NCBI GenBank assembly: GCA_049303835.1
Contig: JBAQNN010000003.1
Span: 11,933 to 75,932 of the forward strand
From: Minisyncoccia bacterium
GTDB lineage: Bacteria > Patescibacteriota > Minisyncoccia > Phycocordibacterales > UBA9973
DNA: 64,000 bases
Direction: 5' to 3'
Position numbers and translations under genes: made by a program. This document shows, piece by piece, positions 10,484 through 18,002 of the stretch. Within the stretch, counting starts at the first letter, position 1. Each line of letters begins with the position of its first letter. Below the pieces are notes generated by a model. It saw only the letters and a list, made by a program, of their open reading frames with translations. It searched no databases and was not told the DNA's origin.

Positions 10484-10819
10484 ATGGATTTATTTTCTAC
10501 AAAAATTGCGTACGCAGCGAGCTCTAGTCTAAATGAGTTTATTGCGAACGTAGATAATATGATTATAAATCCACTTATCTCTTTTCTTTTTGCTTTGGCG
10601 ATAGCTTTCTTTCTGTATGGTGTCCTTGAATTCGTGATGAATCAAGAGAATGAGGAGGCAAAAACAAAAGGGAAGAGTCATATGATCTGGGGAGTTATCG
10701 GCATAACTATCATGATGAGTGTGTGGGGTATCTTGGGTATCGTGCTCAATACCCTAAACATAAACGAATCTGAAATAAATCCAAAAGAGGGGACAGTAAA
10801 CTTGACTCCACTTGATTGA
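10484..10819 (+). CDS. VirB2/TrbC-like pilin-family mini-protein (paralog 5)
   Basis: module FLYGVLEFVMNQENEEAKTKGKSHMIWGVIGITIMMSVWGILG. Confidence 0.5.
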   Translation: MDLFSTKIAYAASSSLNEFIANVDNMIINPLISFLFALAIAFFLYGVLEFVMNQENEEAKTKGKSHMIWGVIGITIMMSVWGILGIVLNTLNINESEINPKEGTVNLTPLD

Positions 10820-10854
10820 TAATTTAAAAATATAAACTTAGGAGAAATTAAAAA

Positions 10855-10884
10855 GGGCGACGTTCATGAAGAACGTCGCCCTTG
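10855..10884 (+). terminator. strong hairpin after pilin cluster (weak U-tail)
   Basis: gggcgacgttc-atgaa-gaacgtcgccc perfect 11-bp stem. Confidence 0.45.
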
Positions 10885-10942
10885 TGCGTTGGGCCAGTCG
10901 CACGATTTGGGCCCATAATCACCTCCTAACGAAGAACAGTTG

Positions 10943-11404
10943 TTACAGGTTCACCTTTCTATAAACCTGCACCCGCACATGCGGGTTTTTTTTATCCGGG
11001 GAGTCAAAGAATGTCTCCCCGGATCGCATTTGCGATGGAGCGCGGAAGTCTCCCTCCCCGGGGTAGGAGACTGAGTCTCTAACCCCTGAAAAGGTTATCC
11101 GTAGCGGGCGCCCCTCCGTCCGAATCTTGAAACTCCACGCAATCTGCGTGCTGCATGGAGTGTAGCACTCGTGCATGAGCACAAGCGCCTCGGTCGGTTG
11201 ATGGTAGTAGGTTGACGTCGGTTTGTTGTCCGGCGGCTTCGTCTCTTCCTCTTCTTTCTCACTCCACCAGGAAGAGACTGCGGATGTTCCGAGCTTTACC
11301 CCAGAGTAGATAAGGAAGCCGGTGAAGAGAAAAACTACCGTTACGATAGGGTAAAAGAGAAACCGAGCAGATTTGAAGCGGCGCATGGGCTTACCCCTTA
11401 TCAC
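10943..11404 (-). CDS. hypothetical membrane protein, operon partner of the SPFH gene (high-GC island)
   Basis: 153-aa ORF with N-terminal TM helix, overlaps the SPFH stop by 14 nt; GC about 57%; no recognisable NfeD motif; coding status uncertain. Confidence 0.3.
   Translation of the reverse strand: MIRGKPMRRFKSARFLFYPIVTVVFLFTGFLIYSGVKLGTSAVSSWWSEKEEEETKPPDNKPTSTYYHQPTEALVLMHECYTPCSTQIAWSFKIRTEGRPLRITFSGVRDSVSYPGEGDFRAPSQMRSGETFFDSPDKKNPHVRVQVYRKVNL
10970..10993 (+). terminator. rho-independent terminator (hairpin plus T8), second of a tandem pair
   Basis: cccgc-acat-gcggg followed by tttttttt; overlaps the predicted C-terminus of the minus-strand ORF 10943..11404. Confidence 0.55.
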
Positions 11405-12416
11405 TGACGGCCGTTACGATGCCACCACCAATGACATTTGGTTTGGCAACCTTAATCGCCTCCGCCATCGCGATAGCCGCGCCGTTTGGCTGAGATGCCC
11501 AAGCAGCGAGTTCCGCTCTGATCCCTTCCGCTCTTTCCTTGGAGGCGTTTTTCTCGCCAATGCCACGTTCCTTGGCAGCTTCGGCATCGAGCTTGGCGAT
11601 TGCAACCGCTTTTGTTGCTCGCGCTTCTTCTCCCTCGACGAGGTCAAAAGAGACGAAACGCGCATCGACGATTTCGACACCGAACTTGTTGTAGAGACTC
11701 TCAGAGTTTGTCCGATCCCCTAGAGCCTTGAGTGTCTCGACAAGCGGGCTTGCCTTTGAGCCCTTCTGCTCCAACCGAAGTTCATCGACATCACGAGACG
11801 CTGCGTATTGCCGAAACGCTCCAGCAACTGCCGCGGTGGTCTGGCCTTCCCAGCCACCAGCGAAGAAGAATGCCTTCTGCGGGTTGACGACTTGTGCTGT
11901 GAATACGAGTATGGCGTCGACGGTGAGGTTGCCAGCGGTCTCCGCTGACTCTATACCAACTGCCATGTTGTAACGGAAGAAGATGGAGGGTCCAGGACGA
12001 GTCTTCGGGACGAGACCCCACTCACCAGTGGGTTTCTTGTCCTTCTCGATCATCTCCCACTTGTCATACTTCACCTCGCGGTAAAGCAGATAGCGGAAGA
12101 ATCCGACCCGGGCGACACCTAGGTTGTATAGGTATCCTTCTCCCTCTCCCTTTTTCTCTCCATCGGGGAGAGATTCGAACTCGCCGTTTTTGTAGTTGTA
12201 GAGAGAGACCGATTCCAGAACGTCTGCGAATGGTCCTTTGGGATCACCGCGGACGACGATGTACATCTCTCCGGGAGGGGGGAGGGTCCGAAACGGACTC
12301 CACCATGTATCCTTTTTCCCGAGCGTTACGATTCCTCTCGGAATGAGGAACTCCACGGTGAAGATGATTAGTCCTACTGTCAAGATTGTGAAGAGGACGA
12401 TCCATACTATGTTCAT
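11391..12416 (-). CDS. SPFH / band-7 (stomatin-prohibitin-flotillin) domain protein, in a high-GC island
   Basis: N-terminal TM, VDAILVFTAQVVNPQKA SPFH core, Ala/Glu-rich C-terminal coiled coil; G/C-rich codon usage unlike neighbours. Confidence 0.75.
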   Translation of the reverse strand: MNIVWIVLFTILTVGLIIFTVEFLIPRGIVTLGKKDTWWSPFRTLPPPGEMYIVVRGDPKGPFADVLESVSLYNYKNGEFESLPDGEKKGEGEGYLYNLGVARVGFFRYLLYREVKYDKWEMIEKDKKPTGEWGLVPKTRPGPSIFFRYNMAVGIESAETAGNLTVDAILVFTAQVVNPQKAFFFAGGWEGQTTAAVAGAFRQYAASRDVDELRLEQKGSKASPLVETLKALGDRTNSESLYNKFGVEIVDARFVSFDLVEGEEARATKAVAIAKLDAEAAKERGIGEKNASKERAEGIRAELAAWASQPNGAAIAMAEAIKVAKPNVIGGGIVTAVSDKG

Positions 12417-12623
12417 ACTTCCTCCTGCGCCGGTGGCGCTGTGTTAAGCGCCCGCGGGCGCGGGTTTTGGAAAGGGAATAAGGTCGTAAAATCCTTTCGG
12501 ATTATTTTGTTTTCAGAGGGCTAGAGACTACTAAAATAGTATCACAAAATATCAAAAAAGTCAATCCCAAACGAAAGCCTTCGGCTTCGTACGGGACAGG
12601 CCTCTTTAGCATTGCGTAAACAA

Positions 12624-12656
12624 CAAAAAAATCCCCTTTATGGGGATTTTTTTGTT
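12624..12656. terminator. bidirectional rho-independent terminator
   Basis: aaaaaaa-tcccc-ttta-tgggga-ttttttt. Confidence 0.7.
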
Positions 12657-12662
12657 TAAATA

Positions 12663-13373
12663 TTAAGCGTGTTTCATCGGAGCTTGCTCGTAATTTTCTT
12701 TTGCGCCGAAAATTCTTCTGGCTAAAATGACTATAACAAGGATCAAGATAGCAAAGAGTATCCACTGTACCAATCCGGAAGGCAAGAAACTACCAGATCC
12801 GAAAATTGCATTTGAAGCGAGGTTGCTGTAACTGTCTGCTTCGTTTCCAGTTTCAACTGTTTCTACATATGTATCCGGAGAAATAGTGTTGTTGTTTGTT
12901 TTTGCAGAAGTAGAAGCGACAGGACTATTTACAGTAAAGAAGACACCATTGGAAGATCCTCCGCCAGGAGCTCCATTGTAAACAGTGATAAAGAATCCAC
13001 CATTATTTTTGTATGCAGATGTATCATTTCCAGTTATCTGAACCAATAGGTGAGAGTCGTCTATGAAAGTAGTAGGACGGCTAGAATTATTTATCTTAGC
13101 GACGGAGCCAGGGACAAAACCGCTACCGGTGATGGTGATAGTCTTTGTTCCCACACCCAAATTGATAGATTTTGGGGTAATAGAATCTATGGCAGGCTTC
13201 GGGTTGGTCGTATCTTTTTGGACCGGGGTATTGAAATTATAATCATTGTAATAAGTATAATTTCTACCACCTTCAGCGTTAGCACTGTTAAAAGGTATAA
13301 TTAACAAGCTAAATGCCAAAATAGATAGTATTTTCAAGCCGAAAAATATTGATTTGTTGTTTAATTTACTCAT
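12663..13373 (-). CDS. cell-surface protein with signal peptide, IPT/TIG-like Ig-fold domain and C-terminal TM anchor
   Basis: ATG start at 13373 preferred over the TTG at 13409; SITPKSINLGVGTKTITITGSGFVPGSVAKI pattern; C-terminal hydrophobic helix plus basic tail. Confidence 0.5.
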   Translation of the reverse strand: MSKLNNKSIFFGLKILSILAFSLLIIPFNSANAEGGRNYTYYNDYNFNTPVQKDTTNPKPAIDSITPKSINLGVGTKTITITGSGFVPGSVAKINNSSRPTTFIDDSHLLVQITGNDTSAYKNNGGFFITVYNGAPGGGSSNGVFFTVNSPVASTSAKTNNNTISPDTYVETVETGNEADSYSNLASNAIFGSGSFLPSGLVQWILFAILILVIVILARRIFGAKENYEQAPMKHA

Positions 13374-13476
13374 ACTATATAGTATAGCATAAAGTAAAAT
13401 AAAAGTCAAGAGGATAGATTATTGAGAGTAAAAAGCTTGTTATTTAGTCATTTTTTACATATAATCTATTTTGTTT

Positions 13477-13558
13477 GCCCGAGTGGCGGAACTGGTATAC
13501 GCGCACGACTTAAAATCGTGTCTCGCAAGGGATGTGGGTTCGATTCCCACCTCGGGCA
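13477..13558 (+). tRNA. tRNA-Leu(TAA), type II with long variable arm
   Basis: acceptor gcccgag/ctcgggc, anticodon loop acTTAAaa, T-loop GGTTCGATTCC; no encoded CCA. Confidence 0.8.
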
Positions 13559-13588
13559 CTGGGTAGAATTGTTTTTTAAAATTTATTT

Positions 13589-13661
13589 GCGCCCATAACT
13601 CAGCTGGTAGAGTAGCTCCCTCTTAAGGAGAATGTCGGAGGTTCGATCCCTCCTGGGCGCA
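13589..13661 (+). tRNA. tRNA-Lys(CTT)
   Basis: 73-nt cloverleaf, acceptor gcgccca/tgggcgc, anticodon loop ctCTTaa, T-loop GGTTCGATCC. Confidence 0.75.
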
Positions 13662-13696
13662 CAGTGCGAAATTATAAAGCACTAATTGTTTCTTGT

Positions 13697-13778
13697 GGGC
13701 GAGTGGCGGAATTGGTATACGCGTTAGTCTTAGGAACTAATGTCGCAAGACTTGAGGGTTCGAGTCCCTCCTCGCCCA
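13697..13778 (+). tRNA. tRNA-Leu(TAG), type II
   Basis: acceptor gggcgag/ctcgccc, anticodon loop ctTAGga, long variable arm, T-loop GGTTCGAGTCC. Confidence 0.8.
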
Positions 13779-13785
13779 CACGTAC

Positions 13786-13857
13786 GGCCTGGTAGCCAAG
13801 TGGTAAGGCATTCCTCTGCAAAAGGAATATGCGGCGGTTCAATTCCGCCCCAGGCCT
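13786..13857 (+). tRNA. tRNA-Cys(GCA)
   Basis: acceptor ggcctgg/ccaggcc, anticodon loop ctGCAaa, T-loop GGTTCAATTCC. Confidence 0.8.
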
Positions 13858-13869
13858 CAGATTTATTTA

Positions 13870-14193
13870 TTACTTTTCTCTAAGCAATTCGTCAATTTTT
13901 TGTCTGTTCTTTTCACCCAGATCTATGGCTACATCCAAGAAGGGAATCGTTTTAATTTCCAGATTCTTCTTCAAAAATTCTCGCAGTTCGCTCAAATTTC
14001 TTTTTACAAAATCAAGCGCACTTGTTTCTTTGGAGTCGGGTAGTACAGTGATAAATATGGTTGCCCTTTTGAGGTCAGGAGAAGTAGAGCAAGAAGTGAC
14101 AGTGATAAGTGAAGTTCTATTATTCTCGCGTCCTAAAAATGAAGCCGCGAGCTCTTTGACAGCATTTGCCACTTTGTCATTTCTTTGGGTCAT
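13870..14193 (-). CDS. rbfA: ribosome-binding factor A
   Basis: 107 aa, RbfA-like sequence, immediately downstream of infB as in canonical operon. Confidence 0.75.
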   Translation of the reverse strand: MTQRNDKVANAVKELAASFLGRENNRTSLITVTSCSTSPDLKRATIFITVLPDSKETSALDFVKRNLSELREFLKKNLEIKTIPFLDVAIDLGEKNRQKIDELLREK

Positions 14194-15710
14194 TTTTGTA
14201 TAATAGCGAATGATTCCAAGCTATCGCCGGCCACTATTTCTATTTTTGATTCAATCATCATTCCGAATTCAGTGCCTTCGGATACTTCGCTAGTTTTTGT
14301 TTTGCTTTTTTCCAGGTTTACGATTTTTCCCCGACCGATTTCAAAATCTCGGCGCATTATCCTAACGGTGCTGTTTAGATTGATCGTGCCCTCGGTCACT
14401 TTTCCTCCGACTATTTGACGTTCTTTAGTACGACTGAAAGCACGGATGACTTTTGCTCGTCCGGTAGTCTCTATAGTTTCTATTTTAGGTCTCTTTTCTT
14501 CCATCTGCAGGAGAAGCCACTCTGTCATCTTGTAAATTATTTCAAAGAAAGAAATAGTGATATTTCTCTTTTGGGCAATTTCAAGGGCGCTTCTGTCGGC
14601 TTTTACATTGAACCCGATGACGATGGCATCCTCGCAAGAGGTGATACCTTTGATGTCCGATTCTGTGATTGGGCCTATCCCTTTTCCGACAATTCTAAAT
14701 AGGGCGTTGTCATTTTTTATTTTTGCTATTTCTTTTTCAATAGCTTCTATGGAGCCGGAAACATCGGCTTTCAAAATTATTGGGATTATCTTTTTGCCAA
14801 CTTCCTTTTCTTCTTCTTTTTTATTTTTACATATTTCAAGCTTTTTTCCTTCTCGCCAATTTTCCACATACTTTATTGCGTCTGTTTTTTTCTCAAAAGA
14901 AACGAAGGGTGCTCCAACTCTCGGCATGTTGTCAAAACCCATGATGCGTATCGGAGAAGAGAAGCTGGCTTCGTCTATCATCTCTCCTTTGAAGTTTTCT
15001 ATTATGCGGGTAGAACAAGTACTTTCTTCCACCGCCACAGTCATCCCTTTTTTAATTGAGCCATTTTTTATGATGAGTGTGGCCAGGATTCCGCGTCTTT
15101 GGTCTAGGTTTACTTCAATCACAAAACCAGAGGCACTTTCTTTTTTATCGCCGGAAAGATTTTCCATCTCGGCTAAAATCAAAATAAGCGAAAGGAGATT
15201 GTCTATGCCTGTGCCGGTTTTGGAGGAAATTTCTGCAAATGGTATCTTGCCTCCATAATTCTCTAAATAAATCTCATTTTCGGCCAACTCTATCTTTGTT
15301 TTTTCTATGTTGGCTCCCGGTTTGTCTATTTTATTTATCGCTACTACGCACGGGATTTTACTTTCTGTTATCGTTTTCCAAGCTTCAATGGTTTGAGGTT
15401 TTACTCCGTCTTCTGCTGAGACGACCAAAATGGCGATATCTGCTATCTCTGCTCCTCGTTCTCGCATCTTGGAAAAGGCTTCATGGCCGGGAGTATCCAA
15501 GAAAGTTATTTTTTTCTCAATACCATCTTCATCCTTATGCACAACTTCGTAAGCTGAAATTCTCTGAGTGATGCCACCGGTTTCTCCCTCTACGACATTG
15601 GTTTTTCTTATATAATCAAGCAGGGTGGATTTTCCATGATCAATATGACCCATGACCGCTACGATGGGTGCGCGAATTTCCGTATTTTGTTTTTGAATGT
15701 TTTCAGCCAT
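14190..15710 (-). CDS. infB: translation initiation factor IF-2 (compact form lacking N-terminal extension)
   Basis: G-domain [32 protein letters not shown]. Confidence 0.9.
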   Translation of the reverse strand: MAENIQKQNTEIRAPIVAVMGHIDHGKSTLLDYIRKTNVVEGETGGITQRISAYEVVHKDEDGIEKKITFLDTPGHEAFSKMRERGAEIADIAILVVSAEDGVKPQTIEAWKTITESKIPCVVAINKIDKPGANIEKTKIELAENEIYLENYGGKIPFAEISSKTGTGIDNLLSLILILAEMENLSGDKKESASGFVIEVNLDQRRGILATLIIKNGSIKKGMTVAVEESTCSTRIIENFKGEMIDEASFSSPIRIMGFDNMPRVGAPFVSFEKKTDAIKYVENWREGKKLEICKNKKEEEKEVGKKIIPIILKADVSGSIEAIEKEIAKIKNDNALFRIVGKGIGPITESDIKGITSCEDAIVIGFNVKADRSALEIAQKRNITISFFEIIYKMTEWLLLQMEEKRPKIETIETTGRAKVIRAFSRTKERQIVGGKVTEGTINLNSTVRIMRRDFEIGRGKIVNLEKSKTKTSEVSEGTEFGMMIESKIEIVAGDSLESFAIIQK

Positions 15711-15735
15711 ATTTTTTTTAAAACTTTTTTGACAC

Positions 15736-16191
15736 TTACACTCTTGCTTTCTCTAAAGCTTCTTTTTCTTCGGCAGTTAATTCATAAGTAGATTTTCCTG
15801 CTTTGATTGGTTTTGCAAAGATGCTCATTCGTTCACGAGAATACAAACTTGATATTACCAACCCGTCGCCTTCTTCGTTTAGCATACCTATCGCAAAACT
15901 TTGATTGCTACCTTGGTCGGGGAAAGGGTTGAAGCGGATGGTATCAAGTCCTCGGATGCTTTTTCGCAGCTTAGTGTTTATTGTGGTGATTTCTTTTTCA
16001 ATATTCTCTCTTGCCTTTTTGAGTTCCGAGATATTATCCTCAAGCACCAAGATAGTATCCTCTAAGTCCTTGGCTTTTTTACCTAGAAAAAATTTCTTTA
16101 AACGTTTTTCAGTAATAACCATCCAACCTGTTCCCATTAAGATGGCTACTCCGGTAAAAATAAAAAATATGATCTCGAGCTTTGTATTCAT
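15736..16191 (-). CDS. conserved membrane protein (DUF4446-like), N-terminal TM plus coiled coil
   Basis: single N-terminal helix, coiled-coil segment, C-terminal conserved FAIGMLNEEGDGLVISSLYSRERMS block. Confidence 0.35.
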   Translation of the reverse strand: MNTKLEIIFFIFTGVAILMGTGWMVITEKRLKKFFLGKKAKDLEDTILVLEDNISELKKARENIEKEITTINTKLRKSIRGLDTIRFNPFPDQGSNQSFAIGMLNEEGDGLVISSLYSRERMSIFAKPIKAGKSTYELTAEEKEALEKARV

Positions 16192-16215
16192 GAGCTTTCA
16201 ATATATACTATTTTT

Positions 16216-17409
16216 ATGTCTAAATCAAACTTGCCCAGCCGTGGCAGAGTGAAAAAACGGAATACAATATATCTTGATTATGCTTCAAGTTCTCTTTTGA
16301 AGAGTGCCAATCCAGGAGGCATACACGAATATGGCTTAAAAGAAAAAAATAAACTTGAAAAAGCAAGGACTACCGTTGCGCAAATTTTGGGCGCACATGA
16401 TTATGAAATAACTTTCACTTCCGGAGCGACAGAAGCAAATAATTTGGCCATTCTTGGTTTGATAAAAAATTTTAAAAAACCTCACATTGTTACTACAAAC
16501 ATAGAACACGCATCAGTCTTGGAAGTTTGTAGACACATGGAAGAAACCAAGCAAGCCGAAGTGACTTATGTGGAAGTAGAGGAAAATGGCATAGTTGACC
16601 CAAAAAGAATAAAAAAAGCTCTCAAACAAAACACTGCTTTGGTATCGGTTATGTATGCAAACAATGAAATCGGCACTATACAGCCCATAGTAGAAATTGC
16701 AAAAGAAATCAGACATTTTAACAAAATGAATCGCTCAAAAATATTTTTTCACTCAGATGCTACACAGGCGATAAATTATTTACCGATAAAGGTAGAGAAA
16801 TTAGGAATTGATCTACTGTCTTTTAACGGTGCAAAAATTTATGGGCCAAAAGGGGTAGGGGTCTTGTATGTCAAAAAAAATACACCCATTAAAAAAATTA
16901 TGTTTGGTGGAGAACAAGAACATGGATTACGACCAGGAACAGAAAATGTCGCCTTGGCGGTAGAATTCTCCGAGGTGCTAGGGGATGTAGAAAAAATAAA
17001 AAATAAGGAGGTTTTTCGTTTGACCAAACTTCGTGATTATTTTATAAACAAATTGAACCATTCTCACATTCTCAAGAGTGTCGGAATGATTTTTAATGGT
17101 GATTTGAAAGATAGACTGCCGAATAATATAAACATTACAATACCAGGAATTCCGAGTGACTTATTGGTGATAGAGCTTTCAACTAGAGGAATAATGGCAT
17201 CTGCCAAGAGCGCCTGTAAATCTGGTGATGGGAAGGCTTCTCATGTAATAGAAGCGATAAATAAAAATATAAGACCCGCCCGCCGTGGTGGGGATACGGA
17301 CGGCTCACTCCGTTTTTCTTTAGGGAGAGATACTACCAAAAGTGATATTGACTATACAATAAAATCTTTATCTGAAATTTTGCAAAAGTTAAAAAAGTGG
17401 TATAATTGA
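16216..17409 (+). CDS. cysteine desulfurase (class V aminotransferase, NifS/IscS/SufS family)
   Basis: IYLDYASSSLL..., FTSGATEANNLAI, PLP-lysine region and conserved C-terminal Cys segment. Confidence 0.8.
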   Translation: MSKSNLPSRGRVKKRNTIYLDYASSSLLKSANPGGIHEYGLKEKNKLEKARTTVAQILGAHDYEITFTSGATEANNLAILGLIKNFKKPHIVTTNIEHASVLEVCRHMEETKQAEVTYVEVEENGIVDPKRIKKALKQNTALVSVMYANNEIGTIQPIVEIAKEIRHFNKMNRSKIFFHSDATQAINYLPIKVEKLGIDLLSFNGAKIYGPKGVGVLYVKKNTPIKKIMFGGEQEHGLRPGTENVALAVEFSEVLGDVEKIKNKEVFRLTKLRDYFINKLNHSHILKSVGMIFNGDLKDRLPNNINITIPGIPSDLLVIELSTRGIMASAKSACKSGDGKASHVIEAINKNIRPARRGGDTDGSLRFSLGRDTTKSDIDYTIKSLSEILQKLKKWYN

Positions 17410-17412
17410 CGC

Positions 17413-17961
17413 ATGGATGTAAAAGATTTAAATAAATCACAGCTTATATTACTGGCCATATTGCTCAGTTTTGTCACCTCTATAGCGACGGGTATAACCA
17501 CTGTCACTCTGATGCAACAAGCGCCGGCATCTTTTACTGTACCGGTCACACGCATTGTAAGGGAAACGGTTGAAAAAATTGTCCCAGCTGAAAGTATTAA
17601 GACTCAGACATTGTCTGCCGAAGAAAAAAAACTTTTGGCAGATTTAAAGGCTATCAAACCACTCACGGTTACTTTATTTTTGAAAGGCGAAGTCTCAGAA
17701 TCGGGGGAGGTTATCAGTGAAGATAAAGTTTTGGGAACGGGTTTGTTTTTGGGTGATAACAAAGTTGTGATAGCTTCTGTAATACCGGAACTAAAAGAAG
17801 GGGAGGCATATATCGTGAAAAGTGTTTTAGGTGAACAAAAGGTTCTTAAAGCGACGGTAGAAAAAGATTTTACTATTGTTGAATTAATTCAATCAGAGGA
17901 AACGGTTGCACCTGTCACTGAAAATGGTACCAATACGTCAGCAGTGGAGACAATTCAATAA
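17413..17961 (+). CDS. hypothetical membrane-anchored protein
   Basis: N-terminal TM helix; no recognisable catalytic motif. Confidence 0.35.
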   Translation: MDVKDLNKSQLILLAILLSFVTSIATGITTVTLMQQAPASFTVPVTRIVRETVEKIVPAESIKTQTLSAEEKKLLADLKAIKPLTVTLFLKGEVSESGEVISEDKVLGTGLFLGDNKVVIASVIPELKEGEAYIVKSVLGEQKVLKATVEKDFTIVELIQSEETVAPVTENGTNTSAVETIQ

Positions 17962-18002
17962 AAGTTTTTATTTTTTAACTTTATTCTCATAAACTATTTT
18001 TT

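Noticed and set aside
12447-12470. cgcccgcgggcg palindrome plus TTTT as a terminator for the SPFH operon
   Set aside because: It lies upstream, on the 5-prime side, of the minus-strand SPFH gene and is oriented as a plus-strand terminator. It is more likely donor-derived sequence at the island edge than a functional terminator for these genes.
14557-15571. Plus-strand ORFs (233 and 110 aa) antisense to infB
   Set aside because: They are entirely inside infB on the opposite strand. The composition is low-complexity Ser/Phe-rich, typical antisense artefacts of AT-rich coding DNA.
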